Part shown: one piece after another, positions 36,356 to 49,101 of the stretch
How the letters are laid out: the number at the start of each line of letters is the position of its first letter
How positions within the stretch are numbered: the stretch's first letter is position 1
DNA from: Octopus sinensis
Lineage: Eukaryota
Assembly: GCF_006345805.1 (NCBI RefSeq)
Contig: NC_042999.1
Location: forward strand, 63,860,001-63,924,000
Direction of reading: 5' to 3'
DNA length: 64,000 nucleotides
The notes under the pieces: generated by a model
Databases searched by the model: none
What the model saw: only the letters and a program-made list of their open reading frames with translations
What the model was told of the DNA's origin: nothing
Program-made: the position numbers and the translations under genes

Positions 36356-36725
36356 GTAATAAACAATTAACTTCCTTATCTCCATTTTCTTTTAAATGGA
36401 TATATATATATATATATATACACATATATATATATATATATGTATATGTATATATATGTTTGTGTGTGTTTGCCCCCCCAACATCACTTGACAACCGATG
36501 CTGGTGTGTTTACGTCCCCGTAACTTAGCGGTTTGGCAAAAGAGACCGATAGAATAAGTACTAGGCTTACAAAGAATAAGTCCTGGGGCCGATTTGCTCG
36601 GCTAAAGGCGGTGCTCCAGCATGGCCGCAGTCAAATGACTGAAACAAGTAAAAGAGAGTAAAGAGTAATAAACAATTAACTTCCTTATCTCCATTTTCTT
36701 TTAAATGGATATATATATATATATA
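36100..36725. repeat. Exact 309-bp tandem duplication
   Basis: SINE tail plus ~50 bp of unique flank repeated with period 309. Confidence 0.92.
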
Positions 36726-37006
36726 TAATAATAATTATTTGAGGGAATAATTGTTCCTAACTTACAAGGAAAAATTCAATTTTCTAATATTCCTTCAAAT
36801 TTCACAAAATATAATATATATAAAAATTAGAAAAAAAACACCTTTTATCAATTCAAAAGGAACAATTAAATTACACCACCTAGAAAATTACATAAATAGA
36901 AATATTTAAAATAAAATAACAATAATATACCGATGATTAAGTAAATTGCAAAATAATAATAAAAACATATATTTGGTAGAATTGATAAAAGGGTTTTTTC
37001 TAATTT
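36725..37006. mobile_element. AT-rich (TA)n-flanked element, second copy at 63137-63545
   Basis: Homologous to the reverse complement of 63284-63545; ends in a 26-bp inverted duplication. Confidence 0.75.
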
Positions 37007-38149
37007 ATATACATATATATATACACACACACACACAAAGAGAGAGGCTTATAGAAGGTATGCGCCAGTCCAAATGTATGATTTACACTAATATCTAAAT
37101 AGCTAGAGGGATAGTAATAGTGGCTTCATGACTAGCTACATATACAAGTATTTATTCACTAACAGGAAACAGAGCATTGTATTATCAGCACAGAGGTAAA
37201 AGGCAGACTATATTATTACTGTATTTAGTCTCAGCTTTCTGTGTTCTAAGTTCAAATCCAACGAAGGTTGATAAAACACATTCACGTCTTGGTTCAATTT
37301 TATAGATTGGAATTAGACAAGTTTCCTTGACGAAGAGACAGCAGCTGGGAATTCTGAATAAATTGTCTTAGCACTGTCTTGTACATTTAACCCTTTCACT
37401 GTGAAATTATATTTTGTGGTCATTTTAGTAATGATGTTAAGTATCTACCCAAAAAATCTTATTGGTATTTTCTGCAAACTTGGACATGTCTCAACAGAAA
37501 ATAGCTTCAAACACGACATTCCTCAATAAAGGGTAGATTGATATATAAAACTGCTTTCCTTTGATGAAATTTTGAGTGGATATATATGTTTCCCATAGTA
37601 AAAGGAATATTAGAAAATAAAGTTATAGTATTCTTGTGAGAAGCAGCAACCACAGAATATTATGAGCTTTGAAAGACTATGATAAAACATGTCACAAATC
37701 TGTGAGAAATAGGTTTCACATCCACCATCATGTCCAACATAATCTGATAGAAGATGATGGCTACATATGGAATATTTTTGATCACAAACTGATTTGAGGC
37801 TTCACAACAAAGCCACCACCATCAACTGGCCAATGGGGGAGCTGTATGTAGTCACTCAGCCTGCTGGAGAAAAGCAGCCCAATGGGCCTTCAAATCACAC
37901 CCTACCATCTTGAAAAAGATGGGATACTTTAATATAGTCTGATATAAACTGTGTGAATAAAAGACAGGATGGTCATAGTTGGAATACTTGCGATTACAGA
38001 AGTGGTTAGACAGGGTTGGCCAGGTCCTAAACATGGTAATTTCTAAACACTTTGAAGACAGTACATAACATTTACTGTAAATACAACTCAATAAGTATTA
38101 ATCCCTTACCTAATAATAACTTCTTACTAAAATAGTTTCAAATTTAGGC

Positions 38150-38795
38150 ACAAGGCCAGCAATTTTAGGGGGAGGGGGGCAAGCTGATTACATTGATCTC
38201 AATACTCAACTGATACTTATTTTATTGACCTTTCACCAAAAGATGACAGGTAAAATTGACCTTGGTGAAATTCGAACTCAGGATGTAAAAAGCTGGAAGA
38301 AATGCTGCTATGTGTATCTGGCCAATGTGCTAACAATTTCAAACTATCTATTTCAAGCTAATCAGAATTTTGTAAGTGAAACTGTTGCACATATTTTTAT
38401 TTCTTTATTACCCACAAGGGGCTAAACACAGAGAGGACAAACAAGGACAGACAAATGGATTAAGTCGATTATATTGACCCCAGTGCGTAACTGGTACATA
38501 TTTAATCGACCCTGAAAGGATGAAAAGCAAAGTCGACCTCGGCAGAATTTGAACTCACAACGTAGCGGCAGACGACATACCTATTTCTTTACAACCCACA
38601 AGGGGCTAAATACAGAGGGGACAAACAGATTAAGTCGATTATATTGACCCCAGTGCGTAACTGGTACTTATTTAATCGACCCCGAAAGAATGAAAGGCAA
38701 AGTCGACCTCGGCAGGATTTGAACTCACGTAGCAGCAGACGAAATACCGCTAAGCATTTCGCCCGGCGTGCTAACATTTCTGCCAACTCTCTGGC
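38150..38795 (-). mobile_element. Three head-to-tail family B SINEs
   Basis: Copies at ~38150-38350, 38398-38580 and 38583-38795. Confidence 0.85.
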
Positions 38796-39211
38796 GCATA
38801 TTGCACATATTCTACTGTACACTGAACATTTGCAATTAACTGTTGTATATGTTATGTGACATTACCAGGTCACCGTTATCGCTTCTATTCCCTTAATTAC
38901 ATTGTTAAGAGTTTATGAAAATTACTATGTTTGTTTTACATCTGTTTTTCCATGCTAATATTGGTTAGATGAATATATTATTGAGGCATTACTTTATAGA
39001 TAAATGCCTTTCATGGTGCTAGCTCTTACCAGTTTTTAAAGTAAGGGATCTCTTGTTCTTAGAAGTTACAAAGTCAGTGGATGATTTGTTTACAGGAGAA
39101 ACGACACAATGTTACCACTTGTATCCAGTGATTTTGGAGAAGTGCAAATGTTAACAGACCAAACACACCCACACAGGTGTGTGTGTGTGTGTATGTATAT
39201 ATATATATCAT

Positions 39212-40724
39212 AGTCCTCCAGGCAATAACGGAGGAATTCAAGACAGGATGCCCCTGGGAGCTCCTCTATGCTGATGACCTTGCTCTAATTGCTGAGTCAC
39301 TATCAGAACTGGAGGAGAAGTTTCAGGTGTGGAAGCAAGGATTAGAATCGAAGGGTCTTAGAGTCAATCTAGCTAAAACCAAAGTCCTAATAAGTAGGAA
39401 GGTAGACAAATCACAAACGCCTTCAGGTAGATGGCCCTGCTCGATCTGTAGAAAAGGTGTAGGTAGAAACTCTATAAGATGCACCAAGTGTAAGCTATGG
39501 ACACATAAGAGGTGCAGCAATGTCAAAGGAAGGCTAACTAGGAAGATGGTTTTTGTATGTGGCAGATGCTCGGGAGTATTAACCTCTGAAAATCTGCAGA
39601 AAACAACTTCCGTCACTTTCCAGGGGGAAAAACCAGAAGTAGTTGATAGCTTCCGTTAGTGGGGGTGGGTGTGCTGAAAGTGTAATGGCTAGAGTAAGAA
39701 TAGCCTGGACAAAGTTTAGGGAGCTCTTACCTCTGCTGGTGACTAAAGGCCTCTCGCTCAGAGTAAAAGGCAGACTGTATGATGCATGTGTACGAACAGC
39801 CACGCTACATGGCAGCGAAACATGACTGCTGAGGACATGCGTAAGCTTACGAGAAATGAAGCCTGTATGCTCCGATGGATGTGTAATGTCAGTGTGCACG
39901 CTCGACAGAGCGTTAGTACCCTGAGAGAAATGTTGGACCTAAGGAGCATCAGTTGTGGTGTGCAAGAGAGACGATTGCGCTGGTATGGTCATGTGGCAAG
40001 AATGGATGAAGATAGGTGTGTGAAAAAGTGCCAATCCCTAGCAGTGGAGGGAACCCGTGGAAGAGGTAGACCCAGGAAAACTTGGGACGAAGTGGTGAAG
40101 CACGACCTTCGAACTTTAGGTCTCACTGAGGAAATGACCAGCGACCGAGACCTTTGGAAATATGCTGTGCGTGAAAAGACCAGGCAGGACAAGTGAGCCC
40201 AGCCCACTTATGCATGCCTTTCCTCCCTTGGACACACAAAGACCTGTTGAGGCAAGCGAAGTCAATATCGAACCTCATCCGACGACAGGCACCTATGCCA
40301 ACCCCCCTTTGCTTGTGAAGACCTGTTGGGGCAAGTGAAATCGAAATCGGAATCAAAATTGAACCAATCCTATGACTGGCACCCGGCAGATGCCAGGACC
40401 CCTGGACTGGAGATACGTAAAAAGCACTATCCGAATCGTGGCCGTTGCCAGCGCCGCCTCGACTGGCTTCCGTGTCGGTGGCATGTAAAAAGCACCATCC
40501 AAATCATGGCCGAAGCCAGTGCCACCTTGACTGGCTTCCGTGCAGGTGGCACGTAAAAAGCACCCACTACACTCACAGAGTGGTTGGCGTTAGGAAGGGC
40601 ATCCAGCTGTAGAAACATTGCCAGATAAGACCAGAGCCTGGTGCAGCCTTCTGGCTTCCCAGATCCCCGGTCGAACCGTCCAACCCATGCTAGCATAGAG
40701 AACGGACGTTAAACGATGATGATG
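39212..40724 (+). mobile_element. 5'-truncated RTE-clade LINE (RT C-terminus, PHD finger, 3' UTR repeats, (GAT)n tail)
   Basis: ORF pieces with LLYADDL RT motif, KTKV, RLYDACVR, ERRLRWYGHVARM and RGRGRPRKTW. Small deletions break the frame. 9-bp TSD ATATATCAT at 39203-39211 and 40725-40733. Confidence 0.95.
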
Positions 40725-40726
40725 AT

Positions 40727-40840
40727 ATATCATCGTTTAATGTCCGTTTTCCATACTAGCATGGGTTAGACGGTTTGACTGGGGTCTGGGAAGCCAGGAG
40801 GCTGCACCAGGCTCCAGTCTCATTTGGCAGTGTTTCTACG
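40727..40840 (-). mobile_element. Older RTE-tail fragment, tail-to-tail with the 39-40 kb RTE
   Basis: Reverse complement of 40610-40725 with scattered mismatches. Confidence 0.85.
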
Positions 40841-41164
40841 GTCATGACAGGAACATAGGTCTGTTTGTTCAAGGATTACTTAAGGCTGAACAACAACTAA
40901 CCAACCATGATAAAAATTACTGTTTTCTTTTGTGTTTATTACTAGGAAGGTCATCGTGTGAGGAATTCTAGTACACAAGTTGTTAACAGACATTTATAGA
41001 CTAGGAATAAATGAAAAGCTAAAATGTAAATGATAGTATATGCACCAATTTAGACAAAATAAAGCAATATGTCCAATGATCAGATGAGAACCTTCTAAAC
41101 ATCTATTGTATGCAAGTGAATCACCAACTTCACTTCAAAGCAGCACACACCATTTCATCTTAAA

Positions 41165-41500
41165 TTAATAATAATAATAATAATAATGAAATTATTGTAT
41201 ACAGTGCTCAGGTGCACCACAACTTGTCAAAAGTACATATAAAGCATATGCAGTAATGTACAAATGTCTGGAAAGTGAACAGTGTATGAGTCAGATACAT
41301 GCTTGCGTGTGTATGAAGGGGAGAAAATCAGGTGTAGTGTTGGCGAATCTCAGGAAGCATGGAAGTTTTGAAGGATGCAGTGCTCCAACAACTAACAACT
41401 GATGCCGGCAGTTTGTTCCATGCTTCAGCAACTCCAAGTGTGAAAAAATGTTTCAAAAAGTCATGGGAGCTGTGCTGTTTTCTGACTTTTTAAACATGTC
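41165..41500 (-). mobile_element. CR1/L2-type LINE 3' end
   Basis: Minus strand KHFFTLGVAEAWNKLPASVVSCWSTASFK matches the CR1 ORF2 C-terminal WNxLP..FK motif; (TTA)n tail at 41168-41187. Confidence 0.8.
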
Positions 41501-41911
41501 CATTAGATACTACATATAACACACAGGACAAATGAGAGTTCCTACAAGACCTGTTGAGGGTTAGATAAATGAGATCTTTGGTTAGTACAAGACTCCAGCC
41601 AGATGAAGGAGTAACTTGGTAGCGGAAAAGTTATACTGTAAATAATGTCATAAATGCAAGTAGACAGGATTGGAAAGACTGGGAGAAAAGGAGCAGTGGA
41701 GAACAATACCAAATAACTAGAAGAGAAGCAGAAAGTAGGAGGTTTGCCAATGTTCTGCAATGCAAGGATCAAAGGATGTGAGGCATTCCGAATGACAAGA
41801 CAGTGTGCTTGAGAGAAAAACTGGATACATGAGAAATCAAATCTATGTGCACTGGAATGGGTGTAAGGTGTTTATAAAGAATGTTAGCTGTATAAAGCAT
41901 TGAGCAACTAA

Positions 41912-42148
41912 AATATATTTCTTTACTGCCCACAAGGGGCTAAACATAGAGGGGACAAACAAGGACAGACAAAGGGATTAAGTCGATTACATCGACCCCA
42001 GTGTCAAACTGGTACTTTATTTATCAACCCCGAAAGGATGAAAGGCAAAGTCAACCTCAGCGGAATTTGAACTCAGAATGTAACGACAGACTAAATACCG
42101 CTAAGCATTTCGCCTGGCACGCTAACATTTCTGCCAGCTCACTGCCAT
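41912..42148 (-). mobile_element. SINE family B
   Basis: Reverse full copy. Confidence 0.9.
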
Positions 42149-44655
42149 GAGCAACTAAAATAGAATAAGTAAAAGAGCAACCAAAATAGAACCAATGAAA
42201 AAAACCTGGAGAGCCTGAGATGAAGTGATGAAGATGGATCTCAAAATGCTGAGATTCATGAAGGAGATGACTAAAGATTGTAATGATTGTCAACATGCAG
42301 TGCTAGAGAAGACCTGCCTACACATGCAAGCATGGCAAAATGAATATTAAAATGATAGTAATGGAGACAGCAATACAACATTTGAAATCTCATTAAATTC
42401 TTGTTAAGCCTCTATCTACTGCCCTCACTTCTTCAATACCCTCTCATCTATTACTCACTCTCTCCTAATAACTGTATTATGCTGTTTCCATAATGAGAGG
42501 TGGTTTTGAATTTGTCCATATTCAATCCACTCCTACTACCATCCTTATCACACACACACTCTCTCTCTCTCTCTCATCATGATGCTTGTATAACAAGGGA
42601 TTGCACCAAATCTGTATATGATGAATCCACCATCATCCTGTACTGCTATTATTCCTTCTTCTGCAAGTCACTTATAACAGACATCTATCACTCGCTTACC
42701 ATTGCCCACCTCTTACTACCACTCATTCCCTCTCTTCCTCCTCACCAGCAAGTATGTAAATTCTTTCACTGTCTCTCTTGCATTACTCCCTCCAGCAAGG
42801 TCTCTTCCATGCTCTACCACTTTCTCAGTCCAATCCTATTTCTCCCATCCTATTCTTGCTCCCTTCACCTTCTTTCTCATCAAACCATATGAAAAAGAAA
42901 TGAACTTTGAATAAGAACCAATTTAGACCATGATCTGTCCAGCCTACATCAGTATGGAAAGTAAGCAAAATATTTTTTCTGCTCTTTTGATTGTGCTTTT
43001 TTCTCTGCTCAAGATAATTAAGTCAACCACATAGCACTCTCTCTGCAGTGTAACATTGGTAACCTAGTCATTGAACAAAAGATAAGGTATGTGGCTAAAG
43101 TATTGTTAGTCAGTGAACTTGGTTGTTCTTTTTTTTTTTCTAACCATTTTTTTCTCTATTACTGGTTTGCTCCGACAGAAAGGGGCTGTACCCATGGCAT
43201 TCACAAAGTCACTAATACCAAAAAGATCAATATGGTTCATGTTCCTCTTGACAGCTGCAGAAAAAGCATGGAGAAGGAATTCCGGTGGGGAGATGTTCTG
43301 GGAAGGAAGGACTGCACACAAGGAGTGGTTCTTTTCTCAGTTTTGAATTTTGGCACAAGACCAGTAAGGTTAGGGGGCTGGGGTAAGTCGATTACATCAG
43401 GCCCTCCATGCACAACTGATCCTAAAAGGATAAAAGGTAAAGTTAACTTTGGTAGAATTTGAACTCAGAGCATTAGGATAGACAAAATGTTGCCAAGCAT
43501 TTTGCCTGGTGTGCTAACAATTCTGCCAGCTTCACTACCCCAACTGGTGCTAAAAGTATTTTATACTTTCAGGGTGTTAAGATGGATCTGAGCAGACTTG
43601 AGTAAATAAACATTAAAGAAAATTAGAGCAATTCTTTATAAGATTGATATATTGAATGAGAACAACAAGATGAATGTGAAGGTTATGTTGTTACAGTTTA
43701 TTATTTAGCTATATCTTTGAAATAGTTAGAAGTCAGCCAGATATTGCATTGATGTTTAATGATTATCAAAGGAAAATTGACAAGATTACAAGAGGAACAG
43801 AATCCTACCTCACTAACCGTGAAGTCAAAATAGGAGCCTCTATGATCATTCAGCTTGCTAAGAATAGCAGCTCTGTCTCCCTTCAATCACATCCTACATT
43901 TGAAAAAAAAAGTACACTGGACAATGCAGTACTAGATATACAAATGTACAGGACGGTCAGGCTTAAAATGCCTTTGAATATGTGTTTGATCAGACCTGAC
44001 CTAAGATTACATATCATCCTCCAAAACAAGGGGCAAAAAGCAGATAAGATGGCTATGATTGGAATGTTTTCGATCAAAGGTCAGTTTGATCAAGACTGAC
44101 CTGGGGCGACATCTTGCCTGTCAACAGTGTATATACATTAAGTATGATACACAGATGGCTAGCAGGGAGCTGTCCAGACTCCAGCCGTCTGTTGAGGCAT
44201 GGTTTCTACAACTGGATGCCCTTCCTAATGCCAACCACTTAACAGGCTGGGTGCTTTATCTGATACTCTAAAACAGTGGGTCTCAACTGGGGTTCAATAA
44301 AAATTTTGTTAAAAATTATGTGCAATAAATTGGTTCTAATTCTCCAATAATCAAAATATTTTAATTTTCTTATACAATTCTTAATAATATTTAATTTAAA
44401 GTATAATAGGATTTTTTGTTCTAAAGCCAGATATTTCTTAAGTTCTTAGTGTTTCCTTAATATCTTAATGTTCTTCCTAATTCAAAAATAGACTCGATTC
44501 TGAAGTAGGACTGACACATTTATTTTTCATATAGATAAAAACCAGGAACTTTACTGTGTATTTCTGTATGATATATTAGTCGTTATGACTAAAGTATAAT
44601 GCCTGAAATAAAATCTTTAGCCAAATTGATTAACATAAGTTGTGGGACTTCTTTA

Positions 44656-44847
44656 TTAACCCTTTAGCATTTAAACAGGCCATATCTGGCCCAGATGTCC
44701 TACCAGTTTTAAGTTCAAACCAGCCAGATCTCATCTCTCACATCTATCCTATGTCATCCTCAAAGTTACAAGATCATGATTAATTCGAAACAATGTGAAT
44801 AAATATGAATTACATTTACCAGAATAATCTGAATGCTAAAGTGTTAA
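44656..44847. mobile_element. TTAA-flanked MITE copy
   Basis: TTAACCCTTTAGCATT..AATGCTAAAGTGTTAA. Confidence 0.72.
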
Positions 44848-45144
44848 TCAATCGAGTCAGTGTATCCTTAGTTACCTACATAGTAATGTGTATTCCACAG
44901 AATTAGATACCATCACTAAATTACAATCTTAGCATTATGAGGCGTACTATCATGAAGCAACTATGATAAAACTGGTATTTGATATTAAAACCCATATTTG
45001 AGAAAAGAACAATATTCACAAAATGTATTGTTTCCTCATTACCATTTCTACAGCAACTAAAGGCCTCTGTTCTTTGAAGATTAATTTTTCTTTTTTTGTT
45101 ACCATGTTTCTGAAATACACTATGTTTTAATGAATTTTGAAAAT

Positions 45145-45500
45145 ACTCTTTTACTTGTTTCAGTCATTTGACTGCGGCCATGCTGGAGCACCGCCTTTAG
45201 TCGAGCAAATCGACCCCAGGACTTATTCTTTGTAAGCCTAGTACATATTCTATTGGTCTCTTTTGCCGAACCACTAAGTTACAGGGATGTAAACACACCA
45301 GCATCAGTTGTCAAGCGATGTTGGTGGGGACAAACACAGACACACATACATATATATGATGGGCTTCTTTCAGTTTCCGTCTACCAAATCCACTCACAAG
45401 GCTTTGGTCGGTCTGAGGCTATAGAAGACACTTGCCCAAGGTGCCACGCACTGGGACTGAACCCAGAATCATGTGGTTGGTAAGCAAGCTACTTACCACA
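45145..45500 (-). mobile_element. SINE family A
   Basis: Full head and tail in reverse orientation. Confidence 0.9.
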
Positions 45501-46444
45501 CTGAAGTCTTAATGGCGTGATTTAAATATATTTTAAAGTTTCTACACATGACTACATTGATAGAATTCAAATGTAATCTGTAATAACACGTTATATCTTA
45601 TAACATATATTACTTGATGTAGGGATACTTTTATGAAAAGTCGAAACTGTCCAAATCAACGCGTAAGATTAATACTTAACCATGGCTTCTGAAACATAAT
45701 TTCCATTACGTTTTATAAGAAACTCTTCTCCTGAAGACTTTAGTAAAATAATTAATTATTAGGTTGGTGCTTGGAACATAAGATGAGGAAGATAGAATAT
45801 TTTCTTCTGTGTTACTGGATAACAAAGTGACAATGTATGTCTGCTGGTCCAAATAGCATTTGCTTGGTTAATTGACCAACTGGAAATAGCAGCAAAATCT
45901 CTCTCAAATTGTACTCAATCATCTTAAAGGACATTGAATGCAGTTCTTGATATATAGAAAAATACTGGATGGTCATAAAAGGAACATTCTTGATCAAGGA
46001 TGTTCCTTGGAGCCAAACAACAACAAAGTATACTTTGAGTCAATGAAAAAAAAAGTGGGGATGATGATTTCTTAAAATCAGCAACCAAATTTCCCTAAAC
46101 CACATCCTACAGCTTTAAAATAGCGAAAGTCACACATGGAACAACAATAGGCTTGTGTTGTCCAATGTGGCATTAGTCTTACATAGTCCATCATCATTTT
46201 AACATCTACTTTTCCATGCTTGCATGGGTTTGACAATTTGTTGGAATAACTTTTCTACAGCCAGATGCCATTCCTAGCTAACCCTTCCCTGTTTCCAAGT
46301 AAGGTAATATTTTTCCCAGAATAGGTTTTCACAGAAGATTGGTAATGAAGGAAACCACTTACATGATGACCATGTTTATTTGCAACTATCCCATGAAGTT
46401 AAAGCAAAAAAAAATGACACACACACATAATGAGCGTCTTTCAC

Positions 46445-46680
46445 TTATTTCTTTATTGCCCACAAGGGGCTAAACATAGAGGGGACAAACAAGGACAGAC
46501 AAACTGATTAAGTCGATTATATCGCCCTCCAGTGCGTAACTGGTACTTATTTAATCGACCCCGAAAGGATGAAAGGCAAAGTTGACCGTGGCAGAATTTG
46601 AACTCAGAACGTATCGGCAGACGAAATACCATTAAGCATTTCGCCTGGCGTGCTAATGATTCTGCCAGTTTGCCGTCTTT
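46445..46680 (-). mobile_element. SINE family B
   Basis: Reverse full copy. Confidence 0.9.
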
Positions 46681-47382
46681 CACCTTCTGTCATCTAAATC
46701 CACTGAAAAGGATTTGGTTGACCTGGGACTATAGTATAGGTGCCACACAATGGAACTGACCCTAGAACCCTGTGGTTGGGAAGCAAACGTCTTACCGCAC
46801 AGCCAATGACACCAAAATCTTGAATAATGAACAACTTTCATTATACTCCAGTTTTATGATGAGAAACCTAACTATACACACATGCAAATATACTTTGTAA
46901 GACAGGGAGGTCTGCTCCCACACATTTCATCATGATATTTATACACACAAAGATAAAATGGAAATTACTTAGGGGGCAGCTTTTTTCCCTAGTAACTCTA
47001 TGAGACAAAAATATTTCAGTATTTTAACTGTGTAATCCTCTCATGCCAATGTGTAACAACCCTAGACTGACTATATGTGTAGGAATTTTGAGCAATTTAG
47101 TAAATTATCTGTAAATTGTTTAGCTCCAGGTCAAACCAAAATTAGCAGATCTACGATCAAACTGTTCCACTTCTGACTTGCTGTTATCTAGTCAGTGTAT
47201 CTAGGAGTATGTTATGTAGGTGCATCCTGGTTTTCCTATCTTTAATATGTAAATATCAGACTCCCCTCTTTCATCCTTCTCTTCAAGCTGCCACCTCAAA
47301 CATCCAGTCATCCCCTTCATATTCCTGTCGTTCTCCCTTTCATAGTAGTAGTAGTTCTTAACCTTTTCTATCCACTATGTGT

Positions 47383-47792
47383 TGCTAGTGGAGCGCTAAG
47401 AGTACCATACAAGTGAGATCGTTGCCAGAGCAACAAGCTGGCCTTCGTGCTGATGGCACGTTAAACACACCATTCAAGCGTGATTGTTACCGCATCGCCT
47501 TACTAGCACTTGTGCTGGTGGCACGTGAAACATTCGAGCGAGGTCGTCGCCAGTGCTGCTGGACTGGCTCCTGTGCAGGTGGCACATAAAAAGCACCATT
47601 TGGACGTGGCCATTGCCAGTACCACCAAACTGGCACATAAAAGCACCCACTAACTATCGAAGTGGTTGGCGTTAGGAAGGGCATCCAGCTGTAGAAACTC
47701 TGTCAGATCAGATTGGAGTCTGGTATGCCAGACCTCAGTCAAATCATCCAACCCATGCTAGCATGGAAAGCAGACGTTAAATGATGATGATG
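47383..47792 (+). mobile_element. RTE-tail element
   Basis: Diagnostic UTR and tail. Confidence 0.85.
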
Positions 47793-48215
47793 ATATATTA
47801 GTTCATTGTTTCATAGAATGGCGCAAACTCTTTTGTTCTACAGGGTACATGGCACATGTGGTAGTACCATAATAAAAATGTACCTAGAACACTCTTTAAA
47901 ACAGTTGTGAAAGTGTGAGGCCTGGTGCACTCATGATTGCGAGATTGTGGTTTCAATTCCCAGACTGGCTGTGCATTGTATTCTCAAAGCAAAACCATTT
48001 TGTGTTGCTCCAGTTCACTCAGCTGTAAATGGGTAACCTTGAGATGGATCAACATGCAATTATGAGATGGTGATGCAGAAAAAACACCCCAAACAGAGGT
48101 CCCACAAGCCACATTCTCTGTTCAGCAATTCAAAAGATGAACAGTACAAACTGTACTGTGAATCCCAATATATAGAATATCCTACTATGCTTCAAGCGAA
48201 CTACAATACTCTCCC

Positions 48216-48252
<37 letters not shown>

Positions 48253-48617
48253 CTAGCACTATGACCTGGCAACGCCGGGTCATAGTGCTAGTGCATGCAT
48301 ATACAGCTGCGTGTGTGCGCACATACACGCGAGTACTGTCCAAATCTCCGACCAATCACATACAGCTAGCTGGCATTCAATTGGCATATCAAGTTTCGGG
48401 TATTTTGATTGGGTTTTGGATAGAAAATTCACAAAAAAGTCACTTCTATTGATATTTTTCATGGCTTTGTGGGGTGACTGGGGAAATGTAAAGATGTGCT
48501 CGACCACCCTTGGACGGTTTTGAATGACCATAGAAAGTGCGAGCCCTCTAACTGAAAAATTGTGGATTTGTATAAAGGACACACACACAGACATTTTGCC
48601 ATTTATATATATAGAGA
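48253..48617 (-). mobile_element. Non-autonomous Helitron-like element (365 bp)
   Basis: A|TC 5' end, CTAG|T 3' end, GC-rich terminal hairpin, no TSD. Confidence 0.8.
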
Positions 48618-48634
48618 TAGAGATATATGTGTGT

Positions 48635-48980
48635 GTGTGTACTCTTTTACTTGTTTCAGTCATTTGACTGAGGCCATGCTGGAGCACCGCCTTTAGTTGA
48701 GTAAATCGACCCCAGGACTTATTCTTTGTAAGCCTAGTACTTATTCTGTCGGCCTTTTTGCCGAACCACAAGTTATGGGGACATAACACACTACCATCTG
48801 TTGTCAAGTGATGTTGGGGGGACAAACAGAGACACACAAACGTATACACACATATATAGACATATATACGACCGGCTACTTTCAGTTTCCATCTACCAAA
48901 TCCACTCACAAGGCTTTGGTCGGCCCAAGGCTATAGAAGAGACTTGCCCAAGGTGCCACGCAGTGGAACTGAACCCAGTG
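48635..48980 (-). mobile_element. SINE family A
   Basis: Reverse copy. Confidence 0.85.
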
Positions 48981-49051
48981 CAAACTTTCAGTAGCAACAG
49001 GAACATACTGTATAATTCATATGTGGTTTGTTCCTGCTGTTCTTATTTGCC

Positions 49052-49101
<50 letters not shown>

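Noticed and set aside
37315-37372. CTTGACGAAGAG..TTCTGAAT hammerhead look-alike
   Set aside because: Both core halves are defective and there is no stem III.
48280-48909. 209-aa ORF, the longest in the track
   Set aside because: It runs antisense through a SINE, a microsatellite and the Helitron; the same pseudo-peptides recur at every SINE copy.
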